DNA from: an uncultured Planctomycetota bacterium
Lineage (GTDB): Bacteria; Planctomycetota; Planctomycetia; Isosphaerales; Isosphaeraceae
Direction of reading: 5' to 3'
DNA length: 64,000 bases
Assembly (NCBI GenBank): GCA_963845755.1
Contig: CAWJTV010000005.1
Span: forward strand, 192,001 to 256,000
Shown here piece after piece: positions 32,250 through 43,394 of the stretch (within the stretch, counting starts at the first letter, position 1; each line of letters begins with the position of its first letter). The notes beneath the pieces are model-generated. The model worked only from the letters and a program-made list of their open reading frames with translations. It searched no databases and was not told where the DNA came from. The position numbers and the translations under genes are program-made.

Positions 32250-33713
32250 GGACGCTGTGCCTCGATTCCATCGGGCTCAGACTTCGGCGGGAATGCCTGG
32301 AGCATCCCTCCCTTGCCGACGAGCTTCTCGATCTCATCGAGCTCGCTGGGCAGGAAGTCGGTGAAGTTCTCATAGCCCTTGTCGGTTATCACAATCACGT
32401 CTTCATATCGGAGGTAGATCTGCTCCTCAGGGACGCGGAGTTGGGGGTCGATCGAGAAGACATGGCCCGGTTTCAGGACACCGCGCGAGTAGCTACCATC
32501 GTCGTGAACGGCCATGCCGACGGGGTGGGAAAAGACGCCGCCTCCCGTGTCGACCAGCCGGTGCGCCGCGCGCTCGTAGATCGGCTTCGAGAACCGCGTA
32601 CGGCCGAAGACGTCGACCATGGCGGCTTTGGCCTCGTCGCGGATCGTTCGCGGCGTGACACCAGGGCGAATCCGCGTCATGACGGCGTTGCGGTAGTCCA
32701 GCACGAACTGGAGAAGCTCTCGTTGCGGCGCACTGTACTTGCCGTTGACCGGCCAGACGCGCGCGATGTCGCTGGTATAATAGCGGTACTCGGGTGCGAA
32801 ATCCATCAGGACGAGGTCGCCGTCTTTCAACTGCGCCGTGTTCCGGTAATAGTGCATGTTCCAGATGTTGTCCGTGCCCGAGGCGGTGATCGAGCGATAA
32901 CCTTCGAGACGTGCCCCGCCCGCGAGGAAGACATAGCGCGCCGCAGGCGTCGAGCTGGTATTCGAAGACGCCCGGCCGGGTGCTCTTCATGGCCTCGATG
33001 AGGCCCCGACCGGCAAGCTGCGAGGCGCGACGGATCAGTGCGATTTCTCGGGGACTCTTCACCGCGCGGATTTCATCCAGGATCGGAGTGAGGTCGCGGA
33101 CCGCGTCCTTCGCGAATCGCGAGCGAAGCAATTGCACAAACTGAGTCTCGCGCGATGGCCGGCCGTCCCAGGGGTCCGCAGCGATCGCGGAATTGGCCGA
33201 ACGAAGCTCGCCCCGGCATTCGGCGTTGCGCTCGCCGGGCGCGAACGGAGTATAAAGTACGACGTTGGATGTCCCGAGCCACTTCTGCAATCCTTCCCCC
33301 GCCAGCTCCCGAGTGCTAGCGACCGACGCGACTCCGGTCAACTGTTTCACAAGGTCGGCGTCATTGGCAGAAAGGACCTTCCCCTCCGCACTCTCGAGGC
33401 GAGCGTTGCGCGGGGGCAAGAAGAGGCTGGCCTTACGTGTCCGGCTGTCGAGGATGAGATAAGCGTGCGGGGTCTCGATCCCGCAGAGGTGGTAGAACTC
33501 GTTCGTTTGCCGGGGGACCAGGAAGCCCGTCGTGCTCGATGCCCCCACAACGATCGCGACGCCCTGATCGCCGATCCGGTCGAAGACCGTGTTCCAGCGC
33601 GCCCGAAATTCCTCGGGCGGAAAATCCGTCTGATACGGCGTCGGCGCCTGAGCGAACAGGGTCGCCGGGAAGGCGACGATCAGGATGGCCGGCCAGAATG
33701 AACGCAGATTCAT
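32246..33713 (-). CDS. pepP: Xaa-Pro aminopeptidase (M24B) with signal peptide (frameshift near 32940)
   Basis: FYHLCGIETP, RAVKSPREIAL, GDLVLMDFA..YTSDIARVWPVNGK, HPVGMAVHD, RYEDVIVIT; stop overlaps the M1 peptidase start. Confidence 0.85.
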
Positions 33714-33787
33714 CTCGGGCTCCTCAATGGGTCAATTCGCGAGATCGACACACCTGATCGAACAGCGATTCCGCGGTCCAGGCGCCC

Positions 33788-34450
33788 TCAGGGGACCCAG
33801 TAGAGACAGATTACCACGATAAGGGCCGCGCCGAGGAGGCTCACGATCACGCCAGGCTTGCGTCGGAGCTTCAAGTAGAAGAGAAGCGTCAGGCCGGTCA
33901 GCGAGATGACCGTCAAGACGACGGCGGAGATGTCGATGACCGCCGACCAGACGGGACCGGTATCGCGGCCCTTGTGCAGGTCGTTGATCACGGCGATGAA
34001 GCCGTGTTCGGTCTGGGTCAGATTGTAGTGGCCCGACTCGCGGTCGATGAACGCGTCGGCGGCGTAGCCGGCACCCTTGAAGCTGACCATGCACTCGCGT
34101 TCGTCGACGCGAAAGTCCGCGAGCGCTCCGCGGACCCCGTGAGTTTTCCGCAGATGCTCGACGATATCGAGCTTCGCGACCTGCCCGGCGGGGTCGGGCG
34201 GGTTGGCGGGGTCCGACGAGGGGGTGGCCGCTTTCAGCCATTTCTGGTCGATCTGACCCTCGGCCTGGACCTGGCGCTCGGAATCACCGAAGAACCAATC
34301 CGGGTGATTCAGCGTGATCCCCGTCACGCTGAAGAACAGCACGGCCGCCAGCCCGAACATCGAGACGTAGATGTGCAGCCAGAGGATGAGCTTGGCGAAC
34401 CGAATATTGAGCCTGCGCCGCCAGGAACGGCCGCGCACCGAGGGATGCAT
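33788..34450 (-). CDS. PepSY-associated TM helix protein
   Basis: WLHIYVSM..LFFSVTGITLNHPDW, NDLHKGRDTG.VW..VIDISA..SLTG. Confidence 0.88.
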   Translation of the reverse strand: MHPSVRGRSWRRRLNIRFAKLILWLHIYVSMFGLAAVLFFSVTGITLNHPDWFFGDSERQVQAEGQIDQKWLKAATPSSDPANPPDPAGQVAKLDIVEHLRKTHGVRGALADFRVDERECMVSFKGAGYAADAFIDRESGHYNLTQTEHGFIAVINDLHKGRDTGPVWSAVIDISAVVLTVISLTGLTLLFYLKLRRKPGVIVSLLGAALIVVICLYWVP

Positions 34451-34460
34451 CGCCGGCGGG

Positions 34461-36065
34461 CTACTTCTTCTGAGCCTTTCGACGATACTCGATCGAGGCG
34501 GATCGGATCTCGACATTGCCCTTGAGTTCCTCGGTGAACGGCTTGTCGGAAAGAGTCACTTGCTTGCGGATGTTCTGATAAGTTCCGTGCTCGCGCGCGG
34601 CCTCGATGGAGATGCTGTATTCTCCCGATGGGAGCTGCTTGCCGCGGTCGTCCGTGCCGTCCCAGATGATCTTGTACTTGCCCGCCTGGCGGGTTGGTCG
34701 CGCGACGGTGAAGAGGAGCTCCTTCTTGTCGTGGCGTTTCCGGTCGATATCCGCGGCATACCAGCGCTTCAGGTCGGGCAGCCACTGAAACGGCCCGGCG
34801 CCGCCCATCGAGACCCACAATGAAAGTGTCCGCACCGAATTGCCGTCCTTGTCCTCGACCCAGACCGCGACATAAGGGCGCCGGTAGCGGCCCGCCTGGG
34901 CATCGGGGTGGTTGATTTCGAGATTGACGACGACCTCGAACTCCTTGTTCCAGGGTGTCGAGGCTTTGCCCTTCGCCTCGGCCTTCGACTTGTCACTGGT
35001 GCCACTCCTGGATTCCGGGTCGGCAGGTTTGGGATCGTCCGCGAAGGCTAGCCATTCAGGTCGAGGAAACTCGTAGCGGCGCCAGCCGTCGCTCCGCGTC
35101 GTCCGCCCATCCTTCGTGATGATCAGGCATTCGACGCCCGGCAACGATCGGGCCATCCGGACGCTCTCCTCGGGATCGAGTACGTTGCAGACCTTGGCAA
35201 ACGCGTCGGCGTCAACCGACCGCTCGGCGATGACCGTCGCGGCGACGATTCGATCGACCGGCGAGCTCGACCGGGGGTCGAAGATGTGCGAATACCACCG
35301 GCCACCGATCTGAAACCCGCGCTGAGAATTGCCGCTGGTGGCGACCGAGCGATCCTTGACCGCGATGAACGCGAGCGGTTCGGACGATTCCGAATCGGCC
35401 CATGGGGCGGCGATCCCAATCGTGCCCTCGATCTCTCCGCGAACGCGGAGGTCGCCGCCGACATTGAGCATGACCCCGGTCACCCCCAATCCCGAATCCA
35501 GCGCGACTTCACAAGCCCGTTCGACGATGAACCCCTTGGCGATACCATTGAGACTCAGCGGACACGCCGACATCCTCTCCGCCGTACGGAGCGTGGAATC
35601 CAACCGCCACGCGGTCCGGCCCATCAGAGCCTTCGCGCCGGCGGACTCCTCGACGGTTGGCAATCGAGTCCGACGGGCACAGTCCGACCAGAGCCGCGAA
35701 AGGACCTCGACTCGTGGATCGAAAGCACCTCCGCTCCGCGTATGCCACGCGTCGGACGCCTGGAGGACCTCGAACAGCTCAGGGGAAACCTTCGCGGGTG
35801 TCCCGGTATGGGCTTGCCATCGGCTGAACTCGCTAGCCGCGTCGTAGCCGCTGAAGATCGCGCTCAGGCGATCGATCTCGGCGAGCACGCGATCCTCGGC
35901 CCGTCTGGCGGCGTTCTCGTTCACCGCCCGGACCCGTAGCTCCAACGACGTGCCCATCACGTTCTCTTGGTAGAACGCGTAATCCTCGGCGAGACCCAGT
36001 CGCGGACATAGGCCCCAGAGGAGCGCACTCACGAGGTAAACCGCGATCCTTGAGGAAGAGGTCAT
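34461..36065 (-). CDS. apbE: FAD:protein FMN transferase (ApbE) fused to a DUF2271 domain
   Basis: ENVMGT, GAFDP, LNGIAKG, NVGGD, VATSG, SHIFDPR, ADA; C-terminal YRRPYVAVWVED..WLPDLKRW..WDGTD..IEAAREHG. Confidence 0.9.
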   Translation of the reverse strand: MTSSSRIAVYLVSALLWGLCPRLGLAEDYAFYQENVMGTSLELRVRAVNENAARRAEDRVLAEIDRLSAIFSGYDAASEFSRWQAHTGTPAKVSPELFEVLQASDAWHTRSGGAFDPRVEVLSRLWSDCARRTRLPTVEESAGAKALMGRTAWRLDSTLRTAERMSACPLSLNGIAKGFIVERACEVALDSGLGVTGVMLNVGGDLRVRGEIEGTIGIAAPWADSESSEPLAFIAVKDRSVATSGNSQRGFQIGGRWYSHIFDPRSSSPVDRIVAATVIAERSVDADAFAKVCNVLDPEESVRMARSLPGVECLIITKDGRTTRSDGWRRYEFPRPEWLAFADDPKPADPESRSGTSDKSKAEAKGKASTPWNKEFEVVVNLEINHPDAQAGRYRRPYVAVWVEDKDGNSVRTLSLWVSMGGAGPFQWLPDLKRWYAADIDRKRHDKKELLFTVARPTRQAGKYKIIWDGTDDRGKQLPSGEYSISIEAAREHGTYQNIRKQVTLSDKPFTEELKGNVEIRSASIEYRRKAQKK

Positions 36066-36640
36066 GATGGATCTTGGATCTCCCGGATAGAGTCTGATCG
36101 GCGGTCCCAGCGATCGGATCGGAGCAGCCCGGCGCGGAGGGTGGGGTGGGAGAAGTCCGTCCGGCGGTCGCCGATCGCTCAGAGCGTATTATGCCGTAAC
36201 GGAGTGCAGGGCGGGAAGACACGGGCGAGACTTGAGTGTTCACGAAGTCGATGATGGGAGAAACTTGTTTCGGGTCGATCTCGGGGCGTTGCGACGGAGC
36301 CGGATGTTGATCGGGGGCCGCACGTTGAAGTTCGTTGGATTCTTGCAGGAAGTGCCTGGGCCGACCTCTTTTGGGAGAATGGGTCATACCCTTGGGATGA
36401 TCCAAACGGAAAAAGGAGGATGATGCGTCCAGAGCATAGGCGATTCTTGAAGGCCGGCTGAGAGAGGAGACCAACGGTGCCAATGGCCGAGCAGATCCAT
36501 AGTCCAGCCCCTCGAGACCTCCGGTTTCTGGCGACTATCCGGAAAACCAGAACCGCCGACACTCCTCGTAACATTATGCTGAGGAGGCCGATAACTGATC
36601 GGCGAGGGATCAAGAGCCTCTCGGCTGAAGGGCGGATAGC

Positions 36641-39197
36641 ATGGTGGTCAAACGACCGGGTGATGCCGTCCTGCGGCAAATCGGGACCATCTTCAATCTG
36701 GGGACGATCGGGGACTTAACCGACGGTCAGCTCCTCGAGCGATTCGCTACCGAACCGGATGAGGTGGCCGAGCTGGCGTTCTCGGCGCTCGTCGAACGTC
36801 ACGGTACCCTCGTCTGGCGCGTCTGCCTGGCGATCCTCCGCGACGAGCACGATGCTCAGGATGCCTTCCAGGCGACGTTTCTCGTGCTGGTCCGCAAGGC
36901 ACGGTCGCTCTGGGTGCGCGATTCGCTGGGACCCTGGCTCCATCAGGTCGCCTGCCGGACGGCGTCCTGTTGCCGAGCCAGTCTCATCCGTCGTCGCAGG
37001 CTCGAGCAGCGTTACGGGGAGTTGTCTTCAACACGCTCGGTCGACACCGGCACTCCACGAGATCCCGATCGCGATTCCGTGATTCATGAGGAACTGAACG
37101 GTCTCCCCGCCAAGTACCGCCTGCCGGTCGTGCTGTGCGACCTGGAGGGACATACGCACCAGGAGGCGGCGAGGTTCCTCGGCTGGCCGATCGGGACGGT
37201 CAAGAGCCGGCAGTCGCAGGGACGGACACGGCTCCGCGAGCGTTTGTCGCGCCGTGGGTTGGGACTCACGGTCATCGGGGGCGCCGTCGAATCTCTGAAC
37301 CAGACCGCCATCGCGGGGATGCCGATTGAGCTCGCGCGGATGACCGTCGATGCTGCGATGAAGCAGGCGGGCCGGCTGCTGACGGGATCAGTGGTTTCGA
37401 CGTCCGTCCTGACACTGACTCGAGGAGTCCTCAAGGCCATGTTCTGGGTCCGGTTCCGATTCCTCGCGGTGGTTTTTCTCGGAGTTGGGATCGCCTCCGG
37501 CGGGGCGATGATGTCCGTGCCCGGCTCTCAAGATCCGTCGAAGAACGACCGGCCGATCGCGAATCGGCCCTCGACCGTCATAGCCCAGGCCCCGACCGGG
37601 CCCTCCTCGAAAACGGTAGCATCCGACGACGTTCCGCTCCGGCTCACTCTGGAGGAGGCCGTGAAGGCCGCCGAGGCGATCGAGGATCCCTCGGCCAGAC
37701 GATCCGTCCTGGTCCGGATTGCCAACGCCCAGGCATACCTGAACGACGTCGCTGCGGCCCGGGCCACCGCCAGGCTGGCGCAGCAGAGCGCCGGACAGAT
37801 CGCGTCGGAGATGCAACGCCACTTCGGCCTCCGGCGCGTGGCCAAGCTCCAGGCGAAGTTGGGAGATCTCGAGCCGGCCCGGAAGACCTTCGATCAGCTC
37901 ATTCGTGACGCCGCGGCGAAGGGGCCCTGGGATCGGATCTCCCTACTCGGAGACGTCGCAATCGATCAGGACGGAGGCGGCCTGCGCGGACGCACTCGAG
38001 ACGTTGAAGCGGGCCACCGACGAGGCCAAGGAGATCGTCGCCAAGACCGCCAAGGGCGACATCTATTATCGCATCGTGTTCGCGGAGTGTCAGATCGGCG
38101 AATTCGACGGCGTGCTCCGGATCGTCGAGAGCCTTCAAGGGAAGCTGGCGAACGACCGGCAAAGATACCTCCAGTATCTCGCCCGGGATTGCGATAAGTC
38201 AGGCCCCGCCGAGGCTCGGAGAATCCTGGCGACGGCGCTGGAGCTCTCGAAGGCGATCCCACACGTCTATCCGCGCGGTCTCACGCAGAAGATGATCGCC
38301 CAGGCCATGGCGCGGAACGGCGACGTCCCCGGCGCTCTGGCGGCCTCGAAATTGATCGGCCAAATCGATGAGGCCCCGGAACCGAAAGGCATCTTCTCCA
38401 TCTTCGAAAGCCGCCAGGCAAGGGCAAATCGGATGGGTGAGCAGATGAACGCACAGATGACGCGTCACGAGGCTGCAGACGTACTCATTGCGGTCGCCTC
38501 AGCGCAGGCCAAGGCGGGCGACCGCGCCGCGGCCAAGAAGTCATTTCGCGAGGCAATGGAGAGGGTCCAGGAGGAGGAGGATGGGGTCATCAAGACCCAG
38601 CGATTACGAGGGTTCGTCGAGGCACTCACAGCCGTTGGTGAGCTCGACGCGTCCAAGGTGGCGATCGAGGCGATCGAGCGCGACGAGCACAACAAGGCCC
38701 TCGCCCTGGTGGCACTGGCCAACGCCCAGGCCAAGGCCGGAGATAAGACCGGAGCCAGGGCGAGCTTGCTTGCGGCCTTCGATGCATCCAAGGGGATCAA
38801 GCCGCTTCCGAACATGATCAACGACAACGTTGACCATCGGAAGAACGAAGCCTTCCGCGCGATCGCCAGGGTCCAGGTCGCGGTAGGCGACATCCCAGCG
38901 GCGCTGGCGACCGTTTCCGTTCATAACAACGCTGATCTCAAGGCAGAGATCCAGGCTGAGGTTGCGGGATTTCAGGCTCGTCACGGCGATATCGCTGAGG
39001 CGTTGAAGTTGGCGGAGAGCATCGCGAACTCCGGGTCGAAGTCCGAGGCCCTGTTGCGAATCGCCCATTTCCAGTCGAATCGCGGTCGGCGCGACGTCGC
39101 GCATGACTGGGCCGCCAAGCGCGGAGCGCCCCAGGAACGTGCGATGGCATTGCTCGGAGTGGTAGAGGGCGTGTTCGCCCATCGGAGGGGCGAGTAG
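36641..39197 (+). CDS. Extended ECF sigma factor with TM helix and C-terminal TPR-like repeats (frameshift near 37985)
   Basis: LTDGQLLERF, DAQDAFQATFLVL, LPAKYRLPVVLCDLEG, GWPIGTVKSR, TM FLAVVFLGVGIA, then helical repeats continuing in frame 37905..39197. Confidence 0.88.
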
Positions 39198-39374
39198 GAG
39201 TCGGGGACGACATCAGGCGATCGAAGTCTCGCCCAGGGCGACTCACCACTTGGGCGATCACCGATGACCGCACGACCGCGGGCATTGCCTACCGGCATGT
39301 GGGGAGATTATCCTGTCACGGACCTGGTTGCCGTGACCGCTTCCTCCTCACCCGCCCGGAAAGGATCGCATCTG

Positions 39375-40238
39375 ATGGAGGTCTTGGCGTGTCTCAATGG
39401 GGAGACGATGCCCGTCGAGCATGCCCGGGTCCCGGTCTGGGACCGCGGGTTCCTCTTCGGCGACTCGGTCTATGAGGTCTTCCGTATGTACCAGGGGCGA
39501 TGCTGGCTCGAGACCGAGCATTTCGCCCGGTTGCGCCGGAGCCTCAAGGAGCTCGATTTCCCGCCCTACGATCTTGACGCGCTGGCCAGCAGGATTTATC
39601 GCACGATCGCGGCGAGCGGCATCCTGGAGGGGACTGTCTATGTCCAGATCACGAGGGGCGTCGTGCCGAGGTCGCATGCCTTCCCGGATCCGCCGGTGAC
39701 TCCGACCGAGCTCATCGTTGTCCGTCCTTACGACGACGGTCCGACGGCCCGGCTTCGCGAGGCCGGCGTCAAGGTGATCAGCCATCCCGATCTGCGATGG
39801 AAGCGCTGCGATATCAAGTCGACCAACCTGCTGGCCAACTGCATGGCGACGGAGGCAGCCCGTTGCGCAGGAGGGTATGAAGCGATCCTGGTCGACTCCG
39901 CGGGATTTGTGACCGAGGCGACGCATACTTCGGTCCTCTGGGTCCGACAGGGCCGGCTCGAAGGGACTCCCGACGGGAACGAGATTCTACCCGGGATGAC
40001 GCGCCAGTTAATCCTTCGCCTGGTGAAGTTGTTGGCGATCCCCTTCGTCGGCACGCACGTCACCCTGCCGGAATTGAAGGCAGCCGACGAGGTCATCCTG
40101 GTCGGGACGACGACCGAGGTCGTCCCGATCGTCCAGATCGACGAGGAACGGATCGGCACCGGCTCTCCTGGCCCGGTGGCGCAGCGGCTGTGGGATGCCT
40201 ATCGTCAAGAGGTCGAGCGCCGGCTGGCTGCGCGGTAG
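39375..40238 (+). CDS. Class IV (D-amino-acid/branched-chain) aminotransferase
   Basis: DRGFLFGDSVYE, YVQITRG, RCDIKSTNLL, ILPGMTR, ADEV, GPV. Confidence 0.9.
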   Translation: MEVLACLNGETMPVEHARVPVWDRGFLFGDSVYEVFRMYQGRCWLETEHFARLRRSLKELDFPPYDLDALASRIYRTIAASGILEGTVYVQITRGVVPRSHAFPDPPVTPTELIVVRPYDDGPTARLREAGVKVISHPDLRWKRCDIKSTNLLANCMATEAARCAGGYEAILVDSAGFVTEATHTSVLWVRQGRLEGTPDGNEILPGMTRQLILRLVKLLAIPFVGTHVTLPELKAADEVILVGTTTEVVPIVQIDEERIGTGSPGPVAQRLWDAYRQEVERRLAAR

Positions 40239-40384
40239 GCAGTGGGCAGCAGATAGTGAAGTCAAGACCCAGATCGCGGCCGGGCGCAATCGGCAGTAAG
40301 TGGAGGGCTGTGGGAAGTACGCCGAGGAGAAGGGGTAGTGGCGTCCAGGGCGTACGCCTGACGCGTTGGTCATACGTCTGACCG

Positions 40385-40415
<31 letters not shown>

Positions 40416-40423
40416 GAGTGAGA

Positions 40424-41664
40424 ATGAGCACGACCGAGGAGATCGACGACCCCTACCTCCAGCATTTCCATCGCGACCCGCTCCCCGATGCGGGGATTCG
40501 CATCATCCTGCTCACCGAGTTGCCACTCGAGCGTGCCGAGGCGATTATCGCGCCGTTGGCCGGTCAGATCGAGGTGATGGGGCGGCCCGTGGAATCTCGA
40601 GTCGTTCCGATCGCCGGGTTGGACCTGGGCTGCGCACTCTCCCTTGGCCTGGAGGGGCGCACCTCCCGCTCGTGCTGGTGACTACCGCCGAGGAGCCGTG
40701 GAGCCAGGCCCATCTGGAGCCGCTTCTGAAGGCGATCGTTCACTGCGACCATGTCGTGGGGTGCCGTCCAGCCCTTCCCCGCGAGAGCTGGAAGCGATGG
40801 CTTGCGACGATACCTCGACGCCTCGTCTTCGCGGTACCCTTGCGAGATGTTTATTCACCGTGCCATCTCCATCGGTTGGAGAAGCTGGCGACGATCCCCG
40901 TGCAGTCGACCTCGTCGTTCCTGGACGTCGAGATCCTCGCCAAGGCGACGTTTTTCGGCCACCTTATCGACGAGGTGGAAATCCCGCCGCTGAAGGGCCT
41001 AGTCCGCTCGCGGGGTCGCTGGAGTGACTGTCGACAGATTCTTAGCGACCCGCGATTCGAGTCCACATCAGCTCCAGCGGAAGAACCTCAGCGCGAGGGA
41101 AAATGTGAGGATGGCCCAGGCGACGAGGATCACCAGCGCGGGGGCGACGTCGATCAGGCCGGCCCCCTCGAGCAGGACGCGCCTCAACGCACCGACCAGT
41201 TGGGTCAGCGGGAGGGCCTGGATGAACCACTGGGCGGAATCCCCGAAACGATCCGAGGAGAAGAACACTCCCGAGAACAGCCACTGCGGCAACATCACCA
41301 GGTTCATGAGCCCCTGGACGGCCTCGGTGGTGGTGGCTCGACAGGCGACCAGCAGGCCGATCCCGGCAAATGCCAGGGCACCGAGGACGTTGACCAGGAT
41401 GACCACGCCCAGGTTGCCCCGGATCGGCATATGGAACACCAGGGTCCCCATCAACAACAACACGGTCAGGTCGGGGATGAGGAACGTCAGGCGGGCGCCG
41501 AGGATCGCCAGGAGGAAGTCGCGCCGCGGCATCGGCGTGGCGATCAATCGCTTGAGCAGCTTGGCAATGCGGAAGTTCACGAGCAGGAAGCCGATGCCCC
41601 AGAGCCCACCGCCCATGGCATTGAGCCCGATCAGACCGGGGATGAAGAAGTCAATATAACGTGA
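40424..41664 (+). CDS. Degenerate GT2-like protein (frameshift near 40660); the frame runs on antisense into the ABC permease
   Basis: ALSLGLEGAHLPLVLVT, DHVVGCR, VFAVPLRDVYSPC, SSFLDVEILAKA, IDEVEI resemble GT-A glycosyltransferases. The homologous part ends near 41070. Confidence 0.55.
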
Positions 41665-42150
41665 TCCAGGCTCTGTGATGTAGGCATCCCTTGCGTCCCG
41701 CGGATCCGTGCGTCCGGCGGCCCGCTGCAAGATGTCGTCGATCGCCTGGTGCGCCGCGACCGCCTCGGGACGCGTCGGATCGTAGCGATAGACCCATGCC
41801 TCCGAATTCTGGGGCTCGATAACCAGCGGCGTCTTCCCGGTATTGAGCCGCTTCAGGGCTTCGTCTCGCTCGCCGAGGTGCACCATGACGGCCGGGATGT
41901 AAACCCGGGCCTGGCTGGCGGCCGTCTCGTGCTCGAGGGTCGTGTTGTGAGCCGCCAAAGCCGCCTGGATCGTGGGAGAGTCGGACCCACGGATCAGGTC
42001 CACGAGGATCGGCGCCGGTGGGCGGTTCTGGAAGGCCAGTCCCAGGACAATGGCGAGTAACGTCGGGAATCCGTAGACCCAGAAGATCCGGGCCGGCTTT
42101 CGGTAGAAGTCGCGTAGCCGCGTGAGGTAGAGCTGGAAGAGGGGATTCAT
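41068..42150 (-). CDS. ABC-2 transporter permease
   Basis: RIFWVYGFP, GSRYIDFFIPGLIG, LKRLIATPM, LFSGVFFS, LPLTQL, FRWS. Confidence 0.92.
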   Translation of the reverse strand: MNPLFQLYLTRLRDFYRKPARIFWVYGFPTLLAIVLGLAFQNRPPAPILVDLIRGSDSPTIQAALAAHNTTLEHETAASQARVYIPAVMVHLGERDEALKRLNTGKTPLVIEPQNSEAWVYRYDPTRPEAVAAHQAIDDILQRAAGRTDPRDARDAYITEPGSRYIDFFIPGLIGLNAMGGGLWGIGFLLVNFRIAKLLKRLIATPMPRRDFLLAILGARLTFLIPDLTVLLLMGTLVFHMPIRGNLGVVILVNVLGALAFAGIGLLVACRATTTEAVQGLMNLVMLPQWLFSGVFFSSDRFGDSAQWFIQALPLTQLVGALRRVLLEGAGLIDVAPALVILVAWAILTFSLALRFFRWS

Positions 42151-42205
42151 CGATCTTTCAGTGTTCGGTGTTCGGTGTTCGGTATCCCGCGGCCGGGGGG
42201 TCGCT

Positions 42206-43213
42206 TCATCGACGCCAACGATTCCTTCGTCCCCGATCCGGGGCGGCTGCATCGTGGTTCTCGTCGTCGCGTAGATAGCGTCCTGTGAGCGATACGAAGA
42301 CATCCTCCAGGCTGACATGCCGGGTCGTTAGCCGAGCCAGTGGCTGTCCGAGTCGCTCCAGCTCGTCGAGTAGAGCCGGGATGGCGCGGTGAGGTTCGGC
42401 GACGGTCAGCGAATACCCGTCGCCATCGGCCCGCGCAGCGAGGACCGAGGCGATCCCGGCGAACGAATCCGCCGCGATCGGCGGATCGTTCGCCTCCAGG
42501 GCAAACTCGACAACATGATCGCCGCCCAACCGGGCGATCAGCTCGCTCGGCGATCCCATAGCGATGATCTTGCCCTGATCGATGATGGCGACACGGTCGC
42601 AGAGCCGCTCGGCCTCGTCCATGTAATGGGTCGTGAGCACCACGGTGCGCCCGCGCTCGCCGAGGTCGCGGATCACGTCCCAGAGCTGGCGACGGGATTG
42701 CGGGTCCAGTCCGGTCGTGGGCTCGTCGAGGAACAAAAGCTCGGGGTCGCCGACCAGGGATAGCGCGACCGCCAATCGCTGCTGCTGGCCCCCGGAGAGC
42801 TGCTCGACATACGAGTTCGTCTTACTTTCCAGCGCAACTCGGGCGATCACGTCCTCGGGATTCACACCATGCTTGTAGAAGCTCCGGAAGACCGTGACGA
42901 TCTCGTGAACCGTCTCCTTGTCGGGCAGTCGTGTCTCCTGGAGGGTCACCCCGATCCGTTCGCGGATCGCCCGCTCGTCGGTCTTCCACTGCAGTCCTAG
43001 GACCTCCACTTCGCCCGACGTTGGTTGATTCAACCCTTCCAGGATCTCCACAGTCGTCGTTTTTCCCGCCCCATTGGGGCCGAGCAATCCAAAACACTCT
43101 CCGTGTTGGATTTCCAGGTCGATCCCATTGACCGCATGCACGGGACCACTGCGCCCCCGATACTCCTTCCGGAGGTCCCTCACGCGAATCGCCCATTCCT
43201 GATCATTAGTCAT
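42206..43213 (-). CDS. ABC transporter ATP-binding protein
   Basis: GPNGAGKTT, LSGGQ, LFLDEPTTGLDP, LTTHYMDEAE. Confidence 0.95.
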   Translation of the reverse strand: MTNDQEWAIRVRDLRKEYRGRSGPVHAVNGIDLEIQHGECFGLLGPNGAGKTTTVEILEGLNQPTSGEVEVLGLQWKTDERAIRERIGVTLQETRLPDKETVHEIVTVFRSFYKHGVNPEDVIARVALESKTNSYVEQLSGGQQQRLAVALSLVGDPELLFLDEPTTGLDPQSRRQLWDVIRDLGERGRTVVLTTHYMDEAERLCDRVAIIDQGKIIAMGSPSELIARLGGDHVVEFALEANDPPIAADSFAGIASVLAARADGDGYSLTVAEPHRAIPALLDELERLGQPLARLTTRHVSLEDVFVSLTGRYLRDDENHDAAAPDRGRRNRWRR

Positions 43214-43394
43214 TGTTCATTATTGCAGTAATATCCCCGTTGAGTTCGCGTCGAGCCGGCATGATCTGCCCGACGAACGGATCCCGGCGCTCGATTTTAG
43301 GCCGCCGTGCTCGAGAATACCAGGCCGGTAGCTCGCCCTGTAGCCGGTGCCGGCTCAACCCGCCCATGACGAACGCCCAACCGCTCATGACGAA

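Noticed and set aside
36066..36640. Fur box or cobalamin/FMN riboswitch upstream of apbE
   Set aside because: No convincing AT-rich inverted repeat or riboswitch consensus seen.
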